From Glycera tridactyla (lineage: Eukaryota): a stretch of 64,000 bases of DNA. This document shows positions 11,516 to 22,996 of the stretch, piece by piece. Made by a program: the position numbers and the translations under genes. The stretch lies in contig OZ286459.1 of assembly GCA_965644265.1 (NCBI GenBank), positions 128,030,001-128,094,000 on the forward strand, given 5' to 3'. Under the pieces are notes generated by a model. That model saw nothing but the letters and a program-made list of their open reading frames with translations. It was not told the DNA's origin and ran no database searches. Position 1 is the first letter of the stretch. Every line of letters starts with the position of its first letter.

Positions 11516-12568
11516 TAATGCACCACCTCCTAGTCCACCATTGGAATCTTGACATGTCACAAGGATATGATCATCATCTTTGGGTTCCACTTCAATTCCA
11601 GTGAGCCCATATTTATTCATTCAATGGTCTCACAGCATCCACTAACAAGCTGTGACTTTATTGAATGGAAAGTTGACCACATTCTGAGCTCGATTCAGCT
11701 GTTGAATCTATGGTTCTGATTTGGATAGGTATTGTGGATAGATAACATGAATTAAGGTAGTTATGGGTGTATGTGGGAGTGAAAGGGTTAGAGACTGCAT
11801 CTTTCAGCAGGTGAGAGAGATGCTAAGATGGAGGGATGAGTACTGACCAGCCTCCGGACCAGCCTCCCTTTATCACCTTCCCCTGCTGTTATCACAACCT
11901 CGTGGACTGATACCACCCAATCAGGCGTGACTCAAATCATCACCATGGAATTGCCACTGATAATCACTATCTCGAGAACCACCCTCTACACACTCCAGAT
12001 ACATTCTATGGTGGCTTATGGTACACTCCAAGACTGGCATTTACCATGTCCAAAGACGCATGCNNNNNNNNNNNNNNNNNNNNNNNNNNNNNNNNNNNNN
12101 NNNNNNNNNNNNNNNNNNNNNNNNNNNNNNNNNNNNNNNNNNNNNNNNNNNNNNNNNNNNNNNNNNNNNNNNNNNNNNNNNNNNNNNNNNNNNNNNNNNN
12201 NNNNNNNNNNNNNNNNNNNNNNNNNNNNNNNNNNNNNNNGTTCACATTGAGTGACATTTTCATACTCTCTCCATGCAGACTGTAACTCTTTGTTCTTCAC
12301 AATATATGTAAAACAGTTTTCATACTTTGATTCAAGAAAAAGGGCAAAATCAAATTGATTGTCTTCTCAGAAGTCATGATGTTATACATATAGTTCGGTT
12401 TTATGTTCCAGATCTATATTTAGCTTATTGATCTTATACCAAGTACACCCACAAATAACTATGTCCATGATCTGTAGGAAAAATCAACCTGCTCATAAAG
12501 ATGATCTGCCTAATGAGACCATTCTCTGATTCTACCAATGCTGGTCTCTGTAGACAGGTTTGACTGTA

Positions 12569-12728
12569 CAGTGTAACCTCTCTATGGAGACCGCCTTCCG
12601 TCACTTAAAAAGTGGCCTTTATAGGTAGGTGGTCTTTATAGAGAGGTCATTTACTGTTGAAAATACTACCACAATTGTAGCGCAGAGTGGCCTTTATAGA
12701 GAGGTGGTCTTTAGAGGAGGTTCAACTG
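12569..12728 (-). mobile_element. MITE family A copy, sharing its left TA with a short related element at about 12480-12566
   Basis: Junction GGTTTGACTG-TA-CAGTGTAACC; end GGTTCAACTG-TA. Confidence 0.8.
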
Positions 12729-13151
12729 TACTGAATTTCTTAAAAGTAAACAGACATTATCCAGTGAACCTTGATTCTTGACACATGTCTGGGGACTGTT
12801 CAGTTCTGCAGATGGCTGGTTGGTAGGAGCAGCCTGTGGTGGTATATGGTCCTAGTCATTATTATCCCCCATGGGAGATAAAGTGGACACATTGAGCAGG
12901 GGTGGATTGTCAGGTCGGACTAATTAGGGAATACAGTGGCTCTGGATGTCAAGTCTGGTGATTATAGAGCAATGATTACAGGAAAAATGTTTTAAGAACG
13001 ACACCCACTAATTGCAATCTCACAATGTGGGATGTGGTAGTGTTGGCGATCAGATACATTTCTTGAATTGATTATCAGTTTGCCCAACTGATTGATTATT
13101 GATTTTGATCAATTTGTGACATAGCTTTCTCATTGCCAATCTCGTCATTTA

Positions 13152-13329
13152 CAGTCGAACCTGCTTTAAAGACCACCTCTCTATAAAGACCACCTGCCTA
13201 TAAAGACCACCCTGAGGTGCGACCGTGATAGTATTTTCAATAGTAAATGACCTCTCTATAAAGACCACATCCCTTTAAAGACCACTTTTTATTGCGACCG
13301 AAGGCGGTCTTTATAGAGAGGTTCGACTG
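13152..13329 (+). mobile_element. MITE family A reference copy, 178 bp (Tc1/mariner-type)
   Basis: TA-CAGTCGAACCT ... AGGTTCGACTG-TA, with five direct AAAGACCAC repeats and one inverted GGTCTTTATA site. Confidence 0.92.
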
Positions 13330-15347
13330 TACATGCACATGTGTAGCAAGGCAGTCTCGAAATAAATATGGTTTGGTTTTGGCCAAGCTGGCAGCTTCTC
13401 ATCTTCATGGTGGATCCTTTGCAATAGGCTGAATCTGCCATTGGAATGTATAAGCCTACCGTGTTTTGTGTTCTGAGTCCTTGATTCCTTATTTCTGCAA
13501 TTAGTTGTATATTTTGTCAAAAAGATTGACTGATGATCGAGTATACAGGACTCAATGATCATAACACAACTCGGATGTGGCGGTAGTGGTGGTTGCTGTG
13601 GCAGTGGTAGTAGACTGAGTACAGGCTGCTCAGATATATATCTCAACTTCATATTTGTTGCATGACCTCAGTTCACTGTTGGCCAGCCAAGTCCAGGACA
13701 TAGGTTAATCCCACTGGGATGTCTTGATATATCCCATAAATAAGCAGTAAGCCCAAAATGAATCTAGGCACTTAGATGCACTGTAACAGGTTGAAATAGT
13801 CCCTCCTAGATTGAAAATGGTAAGGTTAGTTCAGCACCATCATGTGTGTCCCAAAGTTTGTAGGTATGTAGTATAGAGAGATGATATCACCTGTTTGATT
13901 TTATTGCATTCCATCTCAACGCAAGGCAGATGCATATTTTCCAGAAAACACATATCCTGGTCATCATTTTCTTGGAAATGGTTTGTCAGTCTTTCCCACT
14001 CCAATATCGTGTGATTCTTTCTACAAAGGAATCTATGCCTCCCAACTTCTTTCTATGTTTGTCATCGGCTGCTCTTGTGTCCCAGGTATGGGATTATCTT
14101 GGCGTGTCATTGCTATAAGTGTCAGAATGATGGCACCACCGCAGATGTCAGCTGTTGGTGGCAGAGTCTGCTGCTTACCTGCCTGTCTACGGTGTGTCTC
14201 AGGGGCCAACTTCTACTCCTATTAGTATTTTATCAAGTTCTTATCTTGCAGGCCATCGCTGGTGGGGATGGTTGGTGTTGAGAGACATGCACACCACCTG
14301 ATGGCAGACACCAGGGTGCGCTGCCCAGACTTGACGCCCTGACAGATATCCTACACCCTCCCTTAAACCAGGTGCCTTCGAAGATAGATGCTTCTAGCAA
14401 ATATGATTAGAAAGAGATATAAATTGGTGGCTTTACATAGTTTGGTATTTAGGATGGATGCAAGTTGTATGTACCGATTCTTTTGACAGACCAAATTCTC
14501 TTCTCGTGTCAACAAGTCCTGACTTTCCTGGGGATCACCCGCTACCCTATAACACTTTCATTCTTTACCAGGATTTTGCCTGTACACCTCTTAATTTGGA
14601 TTCAGACTTGCCAGCTCCTCATCCAGGACCCTGTGTTACCTTGTGAACATACATGTAACACTCTTCCATGACCACTTTCTCAGGTTCAATTGAACATGTA
14701 TGCCACTTGAACCTCTCTTTTATCCTGTGGAGATCATAGTCAAATTTATTGGTTTCAATTCAATAAACTTTATTTACTCTCGTAAGTAAACTATATGCAC
14801 TGAGCAATTTGCCTAGTGGGCTTTCTCCAGCGCACAAGAAACACAGTTTGTATAATACTGACATTGAAAGTGTGTGTCTTCATCCCTGGAAAGGTGGTGA
14901 TACCATTCTTGAACGTGCAAGTTCTGTATTTTCCACCCTTCGCATAATTAGAACAGGTTTTATTTATGTTCATGGTATTTTGGGCTACCAAGATGGAAAA
15001 CGTAAATTCACCACTTCTTGAGCAGTTGTCATGGATGAATTTTTTCCCTGCTCATTGTATGGTGAATCTCATATACCCTATGATGGTAGCTCAAAATCTT
15101 GGACAGCGGCTGAATGGAATGGGGGGGGGGGGGGGGGGGGCGGGCAGTCATGGCAGAATTGACCACAGAGTGGCATGATGATTGAAATACCAGCTAATGG
15201 TCAAATGGCACCCAGCTATGTCATGCATGATTGGCCAAACAATACACATGCCTGGGACATAGCTGGGGCATCCGTGGCGCTGAGAAACGGTAGCCACTGC
15301 TAGCAATTTGCTGCTTACAAGGAAACCAAAGTCAAGCATGTGACAGG

Positions 15348-17187
15348 TAAGGGTGGGACGCTTCACCGAAATTTCGATAATATCGATCGTTTGCAAAAGA
15401 AACAATTGTTTCGAAACTAGGAGGAGTGTTTCGAAGAGTTTCGAAATACAAAGAAACATGGCTGATAAGTACTCAGAAAATGCACCTCGTTTAAGAACAA
15501 GGCATAAATGCACAAAAGGCTCGCATGCACGCCGGTCGTCGAAAGGGGACACATCTGTGTGTGTGTGTGTGTGTGTGTGTGCCCCAACACCCCACCCTTC
15601 CCCCACACACCCACCCCAATACCCCTGTTGGCGCCACCCATCTCCCCATCCCAACCCCTACCCCACCCATCTCCAGCCCCTACCTCTCCAACCCCAACCC
15701 CAGACCCACCCCACTAATCCCCACCCCACCCTTGCCCAATCCCCACCCCCACCCATCTCCCCAACCCCCTCCCCAACACCGACCCCTACCACACCCATCC
15801 CCGGCCTCTACCTCCCCTACCCCACCCCATACACATACACAAATTCATAACCCAACTCCAAACCCCACTCACCCACCCTCACATGCACATACCTCAAACA
15901 CACACACATGCACACACCCAAACTTCTCCACCCCCGCCACACCCCTACCACCCCACCCTTCGCCTCACACACCCATCCCCCACCCCCATAACCACGGCCC
16001 CAGTAAACCCCCACCCATCCTTCCCCACCCCCACCATTCCCCCACCTCATCCTTCCCCACCCCACCTTTTCCCCACCCCCACCATTCCCCCACCAAGGCC
16101 CACCCTCTCCCCACCCCCACCTTTCCCCTACCCCACCCTTCCACTACCCGCCCTCACCCCCACCCAATCTTGGCCCACCCCCACCCCCGGCCCCTACCCC
16201 ACCCATCCCGGCCCCTCCCCCTACCCCAACACCGGAACCAAACCCCACCAATCCCCCAATATTCCCCTACTCCCCCGCCGGCCCTACACACACCCTTCCC
16301 CCAACCCTGGCCCCACCCCCACCCATGTATGTGTATGTATGAGAAAGTGAAATGAGGTCCATCTATGTATACAGTGCTTGAGGGAGCAAATAATCGGACA
16401 TGCATACCAGTGTATGTATGAGAAAGTGAACTTAGTTTCAGGTAGCAATCACCGGTGTATGGAACTGATTAGACAATTACGTAACACAGCCAAGAACAGA
16501 AGAGTCACCGGGAGAGCCTTCCCCAACAATGAAAGGACAGTCAGAGAAGCTAGTACATTTCCTGTGGTCTTATGCATATCAGACAGGATGAATGGGTTCT
16601 GCTGTCTCAAAAAATTCCAAACTCACAAATAAAAAAGTCTTCTTTTCCCTCAAAATTGCCCAACTATATAGGATGGATTATGAAAAAGAATATATCCATA
16701 TTGTTGTCCAACTACTGATTCATATGTATATCAAATTTGAAGAATGTAGGTGCAATATTAACTGAGTGAGGCTTCAAAGAAAAACTTGTACGCAAAACTT
16801 TAACCTAAAAGTTTACGTTCTACAAAGTGATAGCTGGACAGACAGACAGACGGACAGACGGACAGATGCAACCAAACAGACAGACCACCTGCATCATTAC
16901 ATAGACTCGCATCTTGCTTCGCATGCGAGCCAAAAACCATTGTGGAGAGCCCAAATGATGGAGATTTGATGGGACTTTTTACTGGAAATGTCTTTATATT
17001 CAATAGTAATTGGCAATATTTCAAGGCCACCCAAATATGGGTGGCTTGCTCATGTCACCTGCAACTGGGAGGACCATGCCAGACTCATGAAAGAGGGTTG
17101 CATGGCATTTCGTTTCGTCATTCATTTCGTGAGGTGTGTTTCTAGAAATGTTTCGTATCGTGACCAAAGTGTTTCGTCCCAGCCCTA
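15348..17187. mobile_element. Non-autonomous hAT-like DNA transposon, 1,840 bp
   Basis: Identical 8-bp flanks GTGACAGG at 15340-15347 and 17188-17195. TIR TAAGGGTGGGACG versus TAGGGCTGGGACG (11/13). TTTCG/CGAAA clusters lie inside both ends. No transposase. Confidence 0.85.
15581..16325. repeat. C-rich low-complexity tract (degenerate CCCCA/CCCAC units)
   Basis: Direct reading; it explains the Pro/His/Thr-rich and Gly/Trp-rich ORFs in all frames. Confidence 0.9.
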
Positions 17188-17871
17188 GTGACAGGTGCAT
17201 CCAGACCTGACAAGACTTTCCAGCTTGAAATTGTCCATATTCTGTCAACTTTGAGGACTTGGAAGAACCAATAAAATTTGAAATCAAATGATCAGCAGTT
17301 GGAATATTACTTTCAGGCCTGGAAGAGTTCATGCTGAGAGTAGATGGGTTTTACTATATACCCGGTATATATATGTTTATCATTCATGTGTCATCCGTTC
17401 TCAAAATCCAAATATTGTTATTTAGTTTATTGGGAAAAACATCAAATTTAGAATCTGAAGTGATACTTCAATGAAAATCTCGAGAATTTCTGAAGAAATT
17501 CTTTGATATTTCAAAGAGAAGCCAACAAGATCAAGGAAGCTCAAGAGACCATATCCATGACTATGAATGATTCCCAACTATTGGCAGATGCAAATTTATT
17601 TGAGTATTCTAGAAATTTGGAGTGTGCCCCCCCCCCCCCCTCTCTGACTTGCCCTAAAGCCGTTATTGTTACCCTGCTGTGTGTGGTCAGTTGGGCCTAC
17701 ATATTGGTGATATATGCTCTGGATGAGGTATTTACCCTTGGAGATCTGATACCCACCCACTCATGTAACCCAAGCTCATAACACACCCTCCTCTCTAATG
17801 AGTATTCTAGGTAGGTACAGTCTGAAATTTGAATGTGAGAAATTACATGTGCCAAACTGTTATACGTTTAA

Positions 17872-18186
17872 CTGCCCCCGCTGCCGCCACCACCACCACC
17901 ATAACCACCACTTTGGCTCAGCATCAAATCATGAGCCAGTGGATAAATTCCGCATTCGAGAGCAGCCTTCAATGAAAGCTTCTGAGATTTGATTATGACT
18001 TGATATTCAGTGATCTTGTCATAGCTGCTGCCACCACTACCACCACCACCGCCACCCCACAATCACCACTTAGGCTCAGCATTGAATCATGAGCCAGTGC
18101 ATGAATTCTGTTTTTGAGAGCAGCCTTCTAGGAATCCCTTCTGAGATTTGATTATGACTTGATATTCGGTGATCTTGTCATAGCTG
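17872..18186. repeat. Tandem duplication of a unit of about 159 bp
   Basis: GGCTCAGCAT..AATCATGAGCCAGTG ... TTCTGAGATTTGATTATGACTTGATATTC.GTGATCTTGTCATAGCTG occurs twice, ending at 18027 and 18186. Confidence 0.9.
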
Positions 18187-18709
18187 GTTTGATATTTTGC
18201 GCTAGTAAATATTGTTCCTTATATCAGCAATCCATTTAAAAACATGCTGTGTTACATATCCCATATATAGTGATTATAAGATCCTGTTTTTGTCATTTTG
18301 ATGAAACACATCGAAGATATGAACTGAGCAATATAGCATTCTAGAGCATCGATGAGGTAATGATAAGAAATTGATTTCTTTCTGAGCTTCTGTTTTATTG
18401 GCATAAATCTTGTGCTTCCAAATGGTGTAATTAATTATGTTGGCAGTTAGGTGTCCAGCAATGCATGTGCAGAAGTCATTGTAAGTTGACACTAGGGGCC
18501 TGCTCCCATTTTGGCAGGCATGGTCTTAACTCTTCCATGTCCAAAGTCAGAAGTACATGAGAGTAAAGCTCTTGGCTGCCAGCATTGAGTGTGAACCTGT
18601 AGGTAACTATGGTAAGCTCCTGGGTGACATGCTCTATTAAGTGTGAGAATATCATCATTCCTTTCAAATCAAATGCAAAATAGATTATTTCTCAGATGAG
18701 ATGAAGTTA

Positions 18710-18870
18710 CAATTTAACCTCCTCTAAAGACCATCTCTCTATGAAGACCACCTCTCTATGAAGGCCACCCTCAGCTGCAACCGTGGTAGTATTTTCAACA
18801 GTAAATGACCTCTCTATAAAGACCTCCTTTTGATGTGACCGGACGTGATCTTTATCAAGAGGTTTGACTG
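18710..18870 (+). mobile_element. MITE family A copy
   Basis: Colinear with the reference copy; end GAGGTTTGACTG-TA. Confidence 0.8.
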
Positions 18871-20122
18871 TATGCTCAATATTGCCTTGTTGTGAGGATT
18901 TGTGTTTGAGGATTTTTTGTGTGAAGACTCGTGTGGGGATTCTGGAACTGCATAGTTGATGTCTTGATTTGGTGGTTTGTATATTTGTTTAGAGTTCGTA
19001 TGGGCCAGTGCACCTGTGAAATGTTGTGATTGGTGGGCAATGGCTGACTGGTGAGCTATGGTCTGTGATTGGCTGATAGCAAAGATTGATATGGCCATGT
19101 GATATATGCATGGTGGCCAGCCCCGTGATTAAAACATCATCATTGTAATCTCCATGGCAACCTCTCAGATTTCCAACCCTGTTGTTAATGGAACAGGTTG
19201 CTCTGTTTGTCATTAGCCCAGCCAGTCACGATGGCAGTGGACAGATATCAACTTGAATAGAACCTGCTGAATTATTTCAACCACTTTCTCAAATAAGTGA
19301 TATTCGATTTCAAGACAGTTCTGACGACCCAGAAAAACAGCATGGCTTTCAAGAGGAGAATATCCTCTCATGATTCTCGTTTATCGTCATCCAAAATTGC
19401 AAGAAAACATTCACCAAATATCCAGCAACCCTGGGTAGAGTGATTCCCGATTAGCCATTGCTTTGTTCTATATAATAATCATTTTTTTCAGGTGGACAAT
19501 TTTTTCTTGAAAGCTGTGAAGTATTTTCGTAAACCTTTTTAGCCACTCTCCCGTCGGGAGAGCAGACTCAAGAAATCACTCTCCCGAAAATGAATTCACT
19601 CTATCGAATTTGTTCAAAAGGTGTAAGGAAAACAAGCACAAAAGAGGCTACCTTGAGGAGAAGACATTTTCATGTGAATAAATGCCTCATCATGATGTCA
19701 ATTCCGACTTATCCATCATGTGAGTATCTGAGTAACACCAGTCCGATTTTTGCTCAGGTTTGTTCTTCAGAATCAAACACGTGCAGGTATATGCATATTC
19801 ATCATGCAGGGAATAGGGTGTTTTTGTAGGCGTCAAATTGGTGTTGTTCTGTCTTTACAAAAAATTCATAACTTTCTGATCAGATGGAAAATTTTCACTC
19901 TCCCAACCAAATTCATGCTAAATTCGAAGACTGGTATTGCACTATGATAGTTTGCTATGTTAGAATGAGCCACATACTTCAATAGTTCATCATATTACTG
20001 TGAGATTAAGTTGTGGTGATAATTATGTATTCTTTGGATGATTGATCAGGTGGTATTTATCATCCCATTCAGTGATACATTGGATATTTTGGGACATGAT
20101 AATGACAAACTTTAATCATATA

Positions 20123-20300
20123 CAGTCGAACCTGTCTATAAAGACCGCCTTCGGTCGCATCAAAAAGTGGTCTTTATGGGCAGGTGGTCTTTATAGAGAG
20201 GTCATTTACTGTGGAAAATACTATCACGGTCGCAGCTCAAGGTGGTCTTTATAGAGAGGTGGTCTTTATAGAGAGGTGGTCTTTAGAGCAGGTTCGACTG
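20123..20300 (-). mobile_element. MITE family A copy, 178 bp
   Basis: TA-CAGTCGAACCTG ... CAGGTTCGACTG-TA; near-identical to the reverse complement of 13152-13329. Confidence 0.92.
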
Positions 20301-20462
20301 TAACACAAAAAGGGTCAATTAATTTCTGCCATAAATACAATATTGCATGTTGATTGCATGATATCATAATGATTAACAGGGATCACCTCAGTATGATACA
20401 TGCTGCATTACTCAGTTAAGTATCAACTATTTCCATGTTGATATATATGTACATTGGATAGG

Positions 20463-20621
20463 CAGTGATACCGCCCTAAATGTCACCAAAAAGTGGACTC
20501 AGAAATAGATGGTCTTTTGTGGGAGGTATATCTGACTATTTAATAAAAAAAGCCGCCCTCTAAAATCGGTCTCCCAATGGACGTGGTGTCTCGTCAGGGT
20601 CTCTCGTCTCAGGTTTCATGG
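20463..20621 (-). mobile_element. MITE family B, degenerate copy
   Basis: CAGTGATACC start, GGTCTC repeats, CAGGTTTCATGG-TA end. Confidence 0.65.
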
Positions 20622-21467
20622 TAATATGGAATACATGTCTAATTTAATGTAGATTGGTGATTCCTCAGCTTGTGCTTATAGATTGTCATGATAGGTCAAC
20701 AATATACCTGTACATCTGAGAATTGAGGTATACTTGGTTTTCTTTCCAGGTATAATAGAGCACTGAAAGCAAGTGAACATGATATCATGTCAATGTCTGG
20801 GCTTTCTTCAAACACTGTAGCAAGATAGGTACATGGTATCATGAATTCCAGAAGATGATAATTATGTCTTAATGTTGCTGAAGAGGAATTACAAGAAGTA
20901 CATTGCTGGTGTGGACCATATCAATCTATCAATCAATACACTTTGGCTTTAATCTGCTTATGTTCCCACATGATTTGGTGACAAGTTTCATGGTTTAGGA
21001 CCTTAGGCAGTATGATCCTCATCACATAATGATATACTAAGGCTGTGGTTGATGATACTTAATAGTTTCAGCTACTGTTAGATCTCAGATGGGTGAGATA
21101 CACAAGATTATCCAAGACTTCAGCGAAAGAAAATTGTGCATTTTGATTTTGCATCACTGACTTTGCATGTCAGATGTATGACAGCGGCTACCGGGGAATA
21201 CCAGGCCAGAGTGCCTATGAACAGGACTGATGAGGGCACTGGTGCCTCTATCACTATGATTCACTGGAGTTAGCGCTGAGACAATTTACACTTGACTGAC
21301 TGAAATAATATAGTAACGATATCAGTCTATATTCTGCGGGCATGCTTGTGAAATCAGTTCTCCTAATCCTAAAATTCATATTGATTATGATGAGGTGATA
21401 GTTGAATGACCCAGTGTGGAAAATGTACTTTTTTTGGAGAAAAGTTCCTACCTTAAGGAATGTAGTA

Positions 21468-21645
21468 CAGTGAAACCTGTCTTGGGAGACCTCTCTTTTG
21501 GTAGACCACTCTCTCATGGGAGACCGCTCATTATTGGCTCTTCTCTATTTGACATAGTCTAATATACCTCCAATGAGAGACCACTTGTCTTGAGAGACCA
21601 TTTTTTGTTGGCATTTGGGGCGGTCTCCCAAGACAGGTTTCACTG
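21468..21645 (+). mobile_element. MITE family B reference copy, 178 bp
   Basis: Perfect 24-bp TIR CAGTGAAACCTGTCTTGGGAGACC, TA on both sides, internal GAGACCAC repeats. Confidence 0.92.
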
Positions 21646-22783
21646 TAGTATCATCAATTTCAAAACCCTAGTAAAGGGATGTACANNNNNNNNNNNNNNN
21701 NNNNNNNNNNNNNNNNNNNNNNNNNNNNNNNNNNNNNNNNNNNNNNNNNNNNNNNNNNNNNNNNNNNNNNNNNNNNNNNNNNNNNNNNNNNNNNNNNNNN
21801 NNNNNNNNNNNNNNNNNNNNNNGAATAATTCAGCTCCCCCTCACAGTTATACATTCTCATTATCACTAGCCACTACCAGCCAAGCAAATGATGTCTTAAA
21901 CTTCAGATTCTCACTGTAGCTACAAATAACAATGCCATGACTGAGATTGTACATCTTAACCAAATGTGGAACATTGCAGGAAAATTGTTCTGAGATTGGG
22001 TGGACTTGTGTGTCAGTCACAGATTTCACATTTGTTCTAATTAATTAAGTTTAATGAGTGTTTATAATGGAAATAGTCAGGGTGAAACTATATATGTGCA
22101 GGGTTGTCAGGAGCAGTGAAGTTTGTTAACCCCCTGGGAGGGGTGTGGTTCACCACCCTCCAGGCTGGTGCCTTATGTATATCACTTTCACTGGCTTGCA
22201 GGTGGTCCTGGCAAGCTCCAGACACCCTGATCTATAGTCTGTTTGGGCCACTAGTCTGTTTGCTGCCTGTAGACCACACTCTCCAGCAAAAACTAGTGAG
22301 CAACCTACATCTTTTCAGAGCAGATTCTGTGTTCTTAATTTTCTTGAACTGACATTTATTGATTTGGGAGAGTTGACCATCTATTTCAGTGCTGGATTGG
22401 GTATTCCAGAAGTAAGAGCATCTGTCCAATATTAACCCTTTGATAGCAGTGGATTACAGTCAACTATATCTACAAAGACCACATTTGGTTGCATGAATAG
22501 GTATTTGCACAGAGGTATTCAATTGTGTAGGATACTATTGCAGTCACATCTTGTTGAGGTCCCTATCAGCAGGATTACTTTTTAGCGATTGGTTTTAGCA
22601 AAATGGAAATCATTTCAGAAGTATTTAATTGAATTGAATTCACCAAATATTCAAAATTAATGGCATTCTCATGCCAAATCAATTTCTGATGGGGTACATC
22701 AGTGTCCTCAATATTGTGTTAGTATTAGGGTTTGCAGATCGTGGTTCAGGATTGGGATTTGAATTGATTTTGGAGAAGGTTAG

Positions 22784-22996
22784 CAGTGTTGGAGAGGAGG
22801 GGAAATTGTGAGACATTTTTCTCACATTTGAGTGTAATGTCTCACATTTTGAAAAGTGGTGAGACAAATGTCTCACTCCAAGTTACACCCCAGAGCAAGC
22901 ACTCGTAACATTTATTCCAAATTTGTGTAAATTGTCTCACATTTTCAATGGTGGCGAGACAAATGTCTCCCTCCATACCTCAGAGCCAAAACACTG
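22784..22996. mobile_element. Small CAGTGTT-ended element (213 bp) with a 6-bp target duplication, hAT-like ends
   Basis: GGTTAG at 22778-22783 and 22997-23002; ends CAGTGTT / AACACTG; two internal GAGACAAATGTCTC palindromes. Confidence 0.65.

Noticed and set aside
15148-16405. Pro/His-rich ORFs (up to 276 aa), extensin- or mucin-like
   Set aside because: They are products of a C-rich low-complexity tract that is open in several frames inside a non-autonomous transposon.
19490-19930. hAT-like element with CACTCTCCC subterminal repeats
   Set aside because: Repeated motifs and a plausible right end (GAAGACTG) are visible, but I found no matching left end or TSD.
22099-22229. hAT-type MITE CAGGGTTGTC ... 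GACACCCTG
   Set aside because: Ends are similar but the flanks (TATATGTG versus ATCTATAG) show no target duplication.
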